Assembly (NCBI RefSeq): GCF_012571345.1
Contig: NZ_CP046218.1
Location: 248,978-260,196, forward strand
Length of the DNA stretch: 11,219 bases
Reading direction: 5' to 3'
Source of the DNA: Candidatus Saccharimonadota bacterium
GTDB taxonomy: Bacteria; Pseudomonadota; Gammaproteobacteria; Enterobacterales; Enterobacteriaceae
Within the stretch, counting starts at the first letter, position 1; every line of letters begins with the position of its first letter. Below are positions 1 to 7,984 of the stretch, piece after piece. The notes beneath the pieces were generated by a model, which was not told the DNA's origin, made no database searches, and saw only the letters and a program-made list of their open reading frames with translations. A program made the position numbers and the translations under genes.

Positions 1-677
1 TGATTTTCTTTTACAAAAATATCTAAATTCACACGATGTTTATTAGGTATAATATTATATTTAATATTAGTGATTTTAAATTTTAAAAAACCTTGTTTAA
101 TATAAAAATGTGTTATATCGTGCATAATACATGATATGGTTTGTTTATTATAATAATAAAGTCCAAAATAATACCAAAGTTTTCTAAAATACAGACTAAC
201 GTTTTTTAAAATTATTGGTTGTTTAAAAGCAGAATTACCTATAATATTAATTTGTTGGATTTTAACTTTTCCTATTTCATTAATAAATATATATATTTTA
301 TTATATAGCTTATCATCTTTGATAATAAAAATTTCTATATTAGAAATACCATATATATTATATATATGTTTTATATATTTTTTTAATAAAAATATTTTTT
401 TTTTATCTACTATATTATATTTAGTAATTTTTAATTTATAAAGAATTTTATATAAAATATTACTATTAATTTTTTTGTTTCCAATAAATATAATTGTATT
501 TTTTATGTTTTGATGTGGAACATCAGATATTTTATCTACAACATTATATGTTGTATCATTAAAATGTTTTAATGATTGCGCCTGTAATGGTGTTATATAA
601 AATAAATTTACAAATATAACAAATATAAATGTACAAATAACATGTATTTTAGTAATGTAATATTTTTGTATAATCAT
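1..677 (-). CDS. bamA: Outer membrane protein assembly factor BamA, N-terminal part (signal peptide plus POTRA domains). The 3' end lies beyond the left window edge.
   Basis: Absent from the ORF track because it runs off the edge. My manual minus-strand translation from the ATG at 677..675 stays open to position 1 (225 codons). It begins MIIQKYYITKIHVICTFIFVIFVNLFYITPLQAQSLKHFND..., with a Lys-containing n-region, a hydrophobic core and an LQA-type cleavage motif. Further on, ...NEIGKVKIQQINIIGNSAFKQP...HDITHFYIKQGFLKFKITNIKYNIIPNKHRVNLDIFVKEN is collinear with E. coli BamA ...QEGVSAEIQQINIVGNHAF...[38 protein letters not shown]. It lies immediately downstream of rseP, as in E. coli. No other in-frame ATG, GTG or TTG occurs within the signal-peptide region. 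Confidence 0.85.
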   Translation of the reverse strand, partial: MIIQKYYITKIHVICTFIFVIFVNLFYITPLQAQSLKHFNDTTYNVVDKISDVPHQNIKNTIIFIGNKKINSNILYKILYKLKITKYNIVDKKKIFLLKKYIKHIYNIYGISNIEIFIIKDDKLYNKIYIFINEIGKVKIQQINIIGNSAFKQPIILKNVSLYFRKLWYYFGLYYYNKQTISCIMHDITHFYIKQGFLKFKITNIKYNIIPNKHRVNLDIFVKEN

Positions 678-2043
678 GTATCACAGATATACCCATAATA
701 AAAATTATTAATATAATACTTATATTATATGCAAATGTTTTGATATATAATGATATTTTTCGTCTTATAATATTTTCGCATATTAAAAAACATAATTGTC
801 CTCCATCTAATATAGGTAATGGTAATAAATTCATTATAGCTATATTAATACTTATTAAAGCCAAAAAACATAAATAAGACATAATACTTTTTTTAGAAAT
901 AACTCCTATCATATATCCAATATATATTGGACCGCTAAAATGTTCAAGACTAATATTATGTATTAATAAAAGATTTTTCAAAGATAAACATATCATTTTT
1001 ATTATTATAAAAATTTTTTTACATGCCATAGATAACGATATAAAAAACTTATAGTAATAAGTAGTATTATATATATTGTGCTTTAAATATATAATTTTAG
1101 GAATAATGCCAATATAATTATACTGTGATAACATTTCGTTTAATTTTGGCAAATGTATTTTCATTAATAAAATTTGATTTTTTCTTTTTATATATAAAAA
1201 AACATTACTATTATTATGCATAAATAAATATTGTTTTAAATTATACCAATTAATAATTTTAGATCCCTTAATTTTAATAATTTGATCACCAACATTTAAA
1301 TGTGCTTGTGCAGCTATAGAGTTCTTTTCAATATAAGTAATAATAGGAATAATGTTCATATATTCTGGAAGAATACCCAGCGCAGTAATAAAATTATTAT
1401 GATGTATATTAAATGTATTATAATTAATTGGAATTTTTTTTTCAAACAAGAAAGATTGATTAATATCTTTAAGAAGAAAAACAATGTTTTTTTGATGTTT
1501 TAAAATAATATTATGTAATTCTATATTTATTTCATCCCAATTTAAAACAGTTTTATTATTAATTTTTTTAATTTCTGTATTTATAGGTAATTTTGCGTGA
1601 TCAACAATAGAGTTGTAAGATATATGTTTGATAATTGGTTTATATGAATGCAAATTAATAAAAAATACAAACCAATAAATAATTATTGCTAATATTATAT
1701 TAGCTATAGGACCACTTAATATGATCAAAATTTTTTTTAAACAAGATAATTGATCATAAAATAATAATTTATATTTTTGTATATGTTTTTGAATTTTATT
1801 CGTTATGGGATGATATTTATCATCTAATATTTGTATATAACCACCTAATAAAAATAGTCTTATAATATATTTAGTACCATATTTATCCGTAAATTCAGTT
1901 ATTTTTGGTCCAAAACCTAATGAAAAACATGGAATATATAAATTAAAATATCTAGCCATATAAAAATGTCCATATTCGTGTATGATTATTAATATACATA
2001 AAGTAATTGTTAACATAATTATATCCCATAAAATATTTAACAA
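649..2043 (-). CDS. rseP: Site-2 (RIP) zinc metalloprotease RseP
   Basis: 464-aa ORF. The N-terminus MLNILWD...IIIHEYGHFYMAR matches E. coli RseP MLSFLWD...VHEFGHFWVAR, so the HExxH motif is intact. The C-terminal NLLPLPILDGG matches the NLFPLPVLDGG (LDG) motif. The start is TTG at 2043..2041, aligned exactly with the E. coli start Met. An AGGAG Shine-Dalgarno (plus-strand ctcct at 2053..2057) lies 9 nt upstream. Position between uppS and bamA is syntenic. Confidence 0.92.
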   Translation of the reverse strand: MLNILWDIIMLTITLCILIIIHEYGHFYMARYFNLYIPCFSLGFGPKITEFTDKYGTKYIIRLFLLGGYIQILDDKYHPITNKIQKHIQKYKLLFYDQLSCLKKILIILSGPIANIILAIIIYWFVFFINLHSYKPIIKHISYNSIVDHAKLPINTEIKKINNKTVLNWDEINIELHNIILKHQKNIVFLLKDINQSFLFEKKIPINYNTFNIHHNNFITALGILPEYMNIIPIITYIEKNSIAAQAHLNVGDQIIKIKGSKIINWYNLKQYLFMHNNSNVFLYIKRKNQILLMKIHLPKLNEMLSQYNYIGIIPKIIYLKHNIYNTTYYYKFFISLSMACKKIFIIIKMICLSLKNLLLIHNISLEHFSGPIYIGYMIGVISKKSIMSYLCFLALISINIAIMNLLPLPILDGGQLCFLICENIIRRKISLYIKTFAYNISIILIIFIMGISVIHDYTKILHY

Positions 2044-2096
2044 AATTATATACTCCTATTTAAATAATAAATTTACATAAATACATATAATTAATA

Positions 2097-2837
2097 TTAT
2101 ATAGCTCTATTACCACCAAAACGACGTTGTCTTTGAGAATAATTTTTAAGTGCATGTAAAAAACATTTTTCATTAAAATCAGGCCATAATATATTAGTAA
2201 AATATAATTCTGCATAAGCAATTTGCCATATAAGAAAATTACTAATACGTATATTTCCTCCTGTACGTATAACTAAATCTATTGGTGGTACATCATGTAA
2301 TGCTAAATATTTTGTAAAAGTTTTCTCAGTAATATCTTGTATGGTAATTTTTTTTTTATATACTTGTTTAATAATGTTTTTAATACCATAAATAATATCA
2401 CTTTTACCACCATAATTTATTGCTAAATTTACTATTAGTACACTATTATGTTTAGTTAATTTTTCTGCTCTTATAATGGATTTTTGTAAATCAGTATCTA
2501 ATATTGTTTTGTTACCAATAACATTAATTTTAATTTTATATTTAATAAAATTATTAATTTCGTTATTTAAAATATATTGGAATAATTTCATAATACATAT
2601 TATTTCTGAAGGTGAACGTTTCCAGTTTTCACTGCTAAAAGCATATAATGTTAAAACTTTCAACTTGTATTTTATACATGAATGAATAATTGTTTTTACT
2701 ACATTAACACCAGCTTTATGCCCTATAATACCTTTTTTGCCTTGTTTCCATGCCCAACGCCTATTCCCATCCATAATAATCGCAATATGTTTAGGACACT
2801 TTTTTTTATTTAAAATATTTATTGCTTGCATATTCAT
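2097..2837 (-). CDS. uppS: Undecaprenyl (ditrans,polycis) diphosphate synthase UppS/IspU
   Basis: 246-aa ORF. Long near-identical blocks to E. coli UppS: HIAIIMDGNRRWA, GHKAG, LTLYAFSSENWKR, INYGG, DLVIRTGGNIRISNFLIWQIAYAELYFTNILWPDF and RRFGG. The equivalents of D26, H43, S71, N74, R77, R194, R200 and E213 are all present. Syntenic position downstream of dxr. Confidence 0.95.
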   Translation of the reverse strand: MNMQAINILNKKKCPKHIAIIMDGNRRWAWKQGKKGIIGHKAGVNVVKTIIHSCIKYKLKVLTLYAFSSENWKRSPSEIICIMKLFQYILNNEINNFIKYKIKINVIGNKTILDTDLQKSIIRAEKLTKHNSVLIVNLAINYGGKSDIIYGIKNIIKQVYKKKITIQDITEKTFTKYLALHDVPPIDLVIRTGGNIRISNFLIWQIAYAELYFTNILWPDFNEKCFLHALKNYSQRQRRFGGNRAI

Positions 2838-2850
2838 ATAATTGAAATTA

Positions 2851-4071
2851 TTAATACTTAATGTTCATTTTATATATATTACTATATTTTTTTTTTTTTA
2901 TGAAATAATGAGTATATTGACGTACATAATTATCTATCCACAATACTTCATAGATATTTTTAGGCTTATTAAAAGATAATTTATCTAAAATAATACTATT
3001 TATATGAGCAATATCTATAAATGATATTTTTTTCTTTAAACATAATTCAGTAGTAATATCATTAACTGCATTTAAGATAATAAATGCTGATAATCCTGCA
3101 TAGCTAGCTTCTATTGCTAATTTTAAACATGGATATTTAATTAGATCTGGTTTTAAAAAAGTTAAGGACTGTATATCATAAAAATTTACTGGTTTATTAT
3201 CAGCATTAATTTTATATGGCCATTCTAACATACTAGCAATAGTAACTTGTATATTAGGATAATTTAATTTAGCATTAACACTATTATTTTTTAAACGTAC
3301 CATTGCTGCAATAATAGATTCTGGATTAATAATAATTTCTATTTGTTCTTTTTGTGCATTAAATAGATATTTAGTAGCAATATATTCAAAACCTTGTGAT
3401 ATCATAGTAGACATATTAATCATATTTTTATAATTTAAACAAGATGTTGTTATACAAGATTTAATATCAATATATTTAAATTTTTCTATAGGTAAATATA
3501 AAAATAACCCTCCAGAACCAATTAAAATAATACTATTAATATCATTTTTATATAAATTACATATACCTATTTGTTTTTGTATACTATTCGGCATGAGCTC
3601 ATAAATTGCACTATGACTATTATTAATCGGTAAAATTTTTGCTTTAAATCTATATATGTCTTTAATTAAAAGACTATGTATTATTATTAATAATTCTATA
3701 CTAGTTAATAAAACTACTTTGCTAGATTTAATTGCCTCTTTTATATATAAAAGTCCAATAAGACTTTTAATAGTAATAATAATTTGATCAACATCATCTA
3801 AAGCTGTAATCTCTATTATTTTACGTTTGCCAAATAAAATTTTTGTTTTAATGCCAATATTTTTTAAATTATTATGTAAAATTATAGCATGACTTTTTTT
3901 ATACATAATAGCATAATCTGGATTAAATAATATACACTGTTTAATCATTAATTCAACATTATGTTTTGCTACTAAAACTTTAATTTTATATAAATTAGGA
4001 TTAGTTAATATTACAGACAAAATATTACGTCCAAAATATCCAGTAGAACCCAATATAGTTAGGTATTTCAT
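2851..4071 (-). CDS. dxr: 1-deoxy-D-xylulose-5-phosphate reductoisomerase homolog (Dxr/IspC). The ORF is intact but the active-site motifs are strongly diverged (see findings).
   Basis: 406-aa ORF collinear with E. coli Dxr along its whole length: MKYLTILGSTGYFG vs MKQLTILGSTGSIG, ALDDVDQI vs ALEDVDQV, GSGG, GFEYI vs GLEYI, and YPCLKLAIEA vs YPCLKLAMEA. AGGA Shine-Dalgarno (plus-strand tcct at 4080..4083) lies 8 nt upstream of the ATG at 4071. Syntenic between frr and uppS. Family assignment is confident; retention of enzymatic function is not. Confidence 0.85.
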   Translation of the reverse strand: MKYLTILGSTGYFGRNILSVILTNPNLYKIKVLVAKHNVELMIKQCILFNPDYAIMYKKSHAIILHNNLKNIGIKTKILFGKRKIIEITALDDVDQIIITIKSLIGLLYIKEAIKSSKVVLLTSIELLIIIHSLLIKDIYRFKAKILPINNSHSAIYELMPNSIQKQIGICNLYKNDINSIILIGSGGLFLYLPIEKFKYIDIKSCITTSCLNYKNMINMSTMISQGFEYIATKYLFNAQKEQIEIIINPESIIAAMVRLKNNSVNAKLNYPNIQVTIASMLEWPYKINADNKPVNFYDIQSLTFLKPDLIKYPCLKLAIEASYAGLSAFIILNAVNDITTELCLKKKISFIDIAHINSIILDKLSFNKPKNIYEVLWIDNYVRQYTHYFIKKKKYSNIYKMNIKY

Positions 4072-4117
4072 ATAATTTATCCTATTTAAAAATTAAATTA
4101 AATAACATAAATAATAT

Positions 4118-4678
4118 TTAATATTGTAATATATCTTTTTCTTTTTGTTTTAAATAATTAGATATACATGTTATATAATGTGCTGTATGTTTTTGAATGA
4201 TATGTTGAAATTTTTTTTCTACATTTTCACTAATTTCTTTATTTTTTAAATATAATTTAATTTTATTATTTGTTTTTCTGCGAATAGTACGTATACAAAT
4301 ACGAAATAATTCAGTTTCTGTTTTAATTCTTTGTAGTAGTTTTATTTTCCGTGTTTCAGTAATAATTGGCATAGTAATATAGATACTTAAATTTATAATT
4401 TTCGTATGAACATCTAAGTTTGCAGTTAAAATAGCTTTTTCAATATTTTTAATGGTTTTTTTATCAAATGGGGTTACTTTTAATGTATTAATATTTTGTA
4501 CTATTATAGTTGCTATATGATGTATAGGTATTGTTTTATTATATATAGTAGTTACCATAACATGTTCTAATAATTTAGGTGAAATTCTATTCATAGACAT
4601 TATATTAATCTTATTTTTAAAGTTATTAAAACATTGTTGCATACTTTGTTCATTATTTTTTATAATATCATTATACAT
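4118..4678 (-). CDS. frr: Ribosome recycling factor
   Basis: The ORF track gives 4118..4708 (196 aa). The second in-frame ATG (4678..4676) yields MYNDIIKNNEQSMQQCFNNFK, which aligns gap-free with the E. coli Frr N-terminus [21 protein letters not shown] and gives 186 aa against 185 aa in E. coli. I therefore call the start at 4678, although 4708 cannot be excluded. Syntenic between pyrH and dxr. Confidence 0.9.
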   Translation of the reverse strand: MYNDIIKNNEQSMQQCFNNFKNKINIMSMNRISPKLLEHVMVTTIYNKTIPIHHIATIIVQNINTLKVTPFDKKTIKNIEKAILTANLDVHTKIINLSIYITMPIITETRKIKLLQRIKTETELFRICIRTIRRKTNNKIKLYLKNKEISENVEKKFQHIIQKHTAHYITCISNYLKQKEKDILQY

Positions 4679-4721
4679 ATTTACATTTTCCAAATTGTGT
4701 TTTTCCATATATACAAAAATT

Positions 4722-5468
4722 TTATATATTTGTAATTAGTGTACCTATTGTATTTCCTTTGCTACTATACCCAGTAATAATTTGTTGTAAAAAATTTATT
4801 TTATTAATATTTAGAATATGTATAGGTATATTTGCATCTCGTGATAAAATGATAGAAGTATGATCCATAATGTTTAATTGTCTATATAAAACAAAATTAT
4901 AATCTATTTTTTTATAAAATTTAGCATTAGGAAATTTAATAGGATCTTGTGAAAATACTCCATTAACTTTAGTAATTTTAAAAATAGCATCAGCTTCTAA
5001 TTCTATTCCTCTTAAACATGCTGCTGTATCAGTAGTAAATGCAGGACAACCAAGACCGCCAACAAAAATAATAATGTGATTATTTTTAATTAAATGTAAT
5101 GCTTTAATAATGTTATATTCATCACAAATATTTTTTATAGCTACAGCAGACATAATTACGGTATGAATATTATGCAAATTCATTTGAGAACATAATAATA
5201 ATCCGTTAATAATAGTTGATAATATACCAATATGGTCTCCTAAGACTGTTTTAATATTATTATGTATTGCAAGTTTTTTGCCTTTAAATATACTACCTCC
5301 GCCGATGACAATACCAATTTGCACACCTAATGGTATAATATTTTTAATTACTGTAATAAAATTATTTATTAAATCATTATTAGCATCTAAATAATTATTT
5401 TTTTGTAAAAAATCACCACTTATTTTTAATATTATTCTATTATAAATTATTTTTTTTTTAAGATTCAT
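4722..5468 (-). CDS. pyrH: UMP kinase
   Basis: 248-aa ORF. [69 protein letters not shown] match E. coli PyrH [69 protein letters not shown]. Syntenic. Confidence 0.95.
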   Translation of the reverse strand: [248 protein letters not shown]

Positions 5469-5486
5469 ATTTTTATTATTTATCTA

Positions 5487-6293
5487 TTAATCTATTTTAG
5501 TGTTTAATCCTAATTCTAAATATAAAAACTTTGTAATCACCATATTATTTTCTTTTAAATAATTTGTAACTAATTTTGTTGTATCTAGTAAAAAAGATTG
5601 ATTATTTAATGTAATATTATTAATAAACTTATCCATACGCCCATTAATTATTTTATTGAGAATTATTTTTGGTTTATTTAAATCATGGACAAGACTTTTT
5701 TGTATTTGATATTCTTTATCTATGATGTTTTGAGGTATTTCATCTTTAGAAATATAACGAGGTTTTAAAACGGCTATATGCATAGCAATTTTTTTCATAA
5801 TAGATGTATTATCTAAATTAGATTGTAATATTACACCTATACATTTATTATGATGTATATACGATCCAATAAAAACTCCTTGAATGATTTTTAATTGTGC
5901 AATAATAATATTCTCTTTGATAATATTAATTAAATATAATAATTTTTCATTGAATACATTACGTATTTTTATAATATTAGTATTTGGATATTTTTTGACA
6001 TATTGTAAAATATCATTAGCAAAATTATATAAATGTGTATTACGAGCTACAAAATCTGTTTGACAATTAATTTCTAATAAAATACCCAGATCTTTTGTAA
6101 TTAATCCAGTAATAAAACCTGCAGTAGTTGTTTGATTAATACCATTTAAAATACTTAATTTTAAATTTTTTCTTATATAGTCTACTGCTAATGTAATGTT
6201 GCCATTAGTTTGTAATAAAGCTTGTTTACATTCGATAATACCAATTCCTGTAAGAGTACGTAATTTTTGAATTTGTGTAACTGTAATTTTCAT
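5487..6293 (-). CDS. tsf: Translation elongation factor Ts
   Basis: 268-aa ORF. LRTLTGIGIIECKQAL, LEINCQTDFVARN and IAMHIAVLKPRYISKDEIP match E. coli EF-Ts LRERTGAGMMDCKKAL, LEVNCQTDFVAKD and IAMHVAASKPEFIKPEDVS. It is about 15 aa shorter at the C-terminus than E. coli (283 aa). Syntenic downstream of rpsB. Confidence 0.95.
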   Translation of the reverse strand: MKITVTQIQKLRTLTGIGIIECKQALLQTNGNITLAVDYIRKNLKLSILNGINQTTTAGFITGLITKDLGILLEINCQTDFVARNTHLYNFANDILQYVKKYPNTNIIKIRNVFNEKLLYLINIIKENIIIAQLKIIQGVFIGSYIHHNKCIGVILQSNLDNTSIMKKIAMHIAVLKPRYISKDEIPQNIIDKEYQIQKSLVHDLNKPKIILNKIINGRMDKFINNITLNNQSFLLDTTKLVTNYLKENNMVITKFLYLELGLNTKID

Positions 6294-6311
6294 TATGTTA
6301 TTTTCTCAAGA

Positions 6312-7034
6312 TCATATTGCATGCTGTACAATATTATTATTTTTTATTGTTAAATGTGATGTTTTTTGCATGGTTAATATTTTTGTAACATTTAATAAAT
6401 ATAATTTGATCGCTCTTACTGCATCATCATTACCTGGAATAACATAATTAATATTATCTGGATTGGTATTAGTATCAACAATAGCAAATATAGGAATATT
6501 TAATTTTTTAGCTTCTTTTATAGCTATTTTTTCATGATTAGCATCAATAATAAAAATAGCATCTGGTAAACCTCCCATATTTTTAATACCACCTAAACTT
6601 TTTTCTAATTTTAATAACATTTTATTACGTATTAAAGCTTCTTTTTTTGTTAATTGATTAAATGTACCATTTTTACTCTGTATTTCAAGATCTTTTAATC
6701 TTTTAATAGATTGTTTTACTGTTTTCCAATTAGTTAACATTCCTCCTAGCCAACGATGATTAACAAAAAATTGGTTACAACTTTGTGCAGTTTTTTTTAT
6801 TAAAATAGATGCAGATTTTTTAGTTCCAACAAATAAAATTTTGCCTTTACGTTGGTTAATTTTTTTTAATTCTAATAATGCTTTATTAAAATTAATTAAT
6901 GTTTTATCTAAATTAATAATATGTATTTTTTTAACATGACTAAAAATAAATTTTTTCATTTTAGGATTCCAATAACGTGTTTGGTGTCCAAAATGAACTC
7001 CTACCTTAAACATTTCTTTAATAGTCAAAGACAT
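6312..7034 (-). CDS. rpsB: 30S ribosomal protein S2
   Basis: 240-aa ORF (E. coli 241 aa). It carries typical S2 blocks: [50 protein letters not shown] and DTNTNPD. AAGGA Shine-Dalgarno (plus-strand tcctt at 7043..7047) lies 8 nt upstream of the ATG at 7034. Confidence 0.96.
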   Translation of the reverse strand: MSLTIKEMFKVGVHFGHQTRYWNPKMKKFIFSHVKKIHIINLDKTLINFNKALLELKKINQRKGKILFVGTKKSASILIKKTAQSCNQFFVNHRWLGGMLTNWKTVKQSIKRLKDLEIQSKNGTFNQLTKKEALIRNKMLLKLEKSLGGIKNMGGLPDAIFIIDANHEKIAIKEAKKLNIPIFAIVDTNTNPDNINYVIPGNDDAVRAIKLYLLNVTKILTMQKTSHLTIKNNNIVQHAI

Positions 7035-7192
7035 TGTTATTTTCCTTAAAATAAGTATTTATATATTTATTATTATATAGTAACTTAGTATTCTAATAAA
7101 TACATATTTACATTTGTAAAATATTGTATATACAGTATTTTTTTATTAAAACATATAAACAAATAATGGGTATTAATACTTAAACAATAACT
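7035..7192. promoter_or_regulatory. Divergent rpsB / map intergenic region, expected to carry both promoters and the rpsB 5' leader
   Basis: 158-bp spacer between divergently oriented rpsB (-) and map (+), the same arrangement as in E. coli, where both genes have promoters here. Hexamers resembling -35/-10 elements occur (for example TTGTAA at 7114..7119 on the plus strand). At this AT content such matches are expected by chance, so I assign no specific promoter. Confidence 0.3.
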
Positions 7193-7984
7193 ATGAATAT
7201 TTCAATTAAAACAACTAAAGAAATAAATAAAATTATACAATCTTGTAAATTAGCAACTGAAGTACTAGAAATGATTGATTTATATATTATACCAGGTATT
7301 AGTACAGAACAACTTAATTGCATATGTCATGATTATATAATAAATGTGCAAAAAGCTAAACCTGCAACTTTAGGATATAAAGGATATCCTAAATCAGTAT
7401 GTATTTCTCGTAATAATGTTGTTTGCCATGGCATACCTAATCAAAAAGAAATTTTATGTAATGGTGATATTATAAATATTGATGTTACAATATTATACAA
7501 TGGATATTATGGTGATACTTCTAAAATGTTTTATGTTGGTAATAATATTTCATCACAATTACGAAAATTATGTCACGTTACACAAAATAGTTTATATAAA
7601 GCAATAAAAATTGTAAAACCAGGATTAAGATTATATTTAATTGGTAAAACAATACAACAATATGTAGAAAATGAAAATTTTTCTGTAGTTCGTAATTATT
7701 GTGGTCATGGTATTGGGAAAAATTTTCATGAAGAACCACAAGTATTGCATTATAATGCTTATGATTATGGTATTATTTTACAAGAAGGTATGATTTTTAC
7801 AATAGAACCTATGGTTAATATAGGCAGTAAAGATGTATATGTAGCAAATGATGGTTGGACGGTAAAAACTCAAGACAAATCTTTTTCTGCACAGTATGAA
7901 CATACTATACTAGTAACTAAAAATGGTTATAAAATTTTAACATTAAGACAAGAAGAAAAAATATATTTCTCAAATAGAAAATAA
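7193..7984 (+). CDS. map: Methionine aminopeptidase (type I)
   Basis: 263-aa ORF (E. coli 264 aa). It is collinear from MNISIKTTKEINKI (E. coli MAISIKTPEDIEKM) to the end. All five metal ligands sit in conserved context: DIINIDVT (D97), YGDTS (D108), CGHGIG (H171), FTIEPM (E204) and AQYEHT (E235). Confidence 0.96.
   Translation: MNISIKTTKEINKIIQSCKLATEVLEMIDLYIIPGISTEQLNCICHDYIINVQKAKPATLGYKGYPKSVCISRNNVVCHGIPNQKEILCNGDIINIDVTILYNGYYGDTSKMFYVGNNISSQLRKLCHVTQNSLYKAIKIVKPGLRLYLIGKTIQQYVENENFSVVRNYCGHGIGKNFHEEPQVLHYNAYDYGIILQEGMIFTIEPMVNIGSKDVYVANDGWTVKTQDKSFSAQYEHTILVTKNGYKILTLRQEEKIYFSNRK

Noticed and set aside
1-648. An apparent 648-bp gene-free region at the left edge, which could have been read as an unusual noncoding or accessory segment
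   Set aside because: Hand translation of the minus strand shows an uninterrupted frame encoding the BamA N-terminus. The gap is an artefact of the ORF track not reporting ORFs that run off the window.
1300-1503. 67-aa plus-strand ORF from the ORF track
   Set aside because: It lies entirely antisense within the well-supported rseP CDS. The product is low-complexity and Asn/Ile/Phe/Lys-rich with no recognisable motif, and no Shine-Dalgarno precedes it. This is the expected kind of chance ORF opposite a real gene.
2044-2096. A possible degraded cdsA pseudogene in the uppS-rseP spacer
   Set aside because: The spacer is only 53 bp and no CdsA-like peptide appears in any frame. This is a complete deletion rather than a pseudogene.
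2476-2685. 69-aa plus-strand ORF from the ORF track
   Set aside because: It is antisense to the most conserved part of uppS, and its hydrophobic low-complexity product has no homology that I recognise. I treat it as a shadow ORF.
7035-7192. Specific -35/-10 hexamer assignments for the rpsB and map promoters, and a search for the conserved rpsB leader structure
   Set aside because: Many TTGxxx and TAxxxT hexamers occur at various spacings in ~90% A+T sequence and none stands out. No G+C-containing stem typical of the enterobacterial rpsB leader is visible. I kept only a generic low-confidence regulatory-region call.
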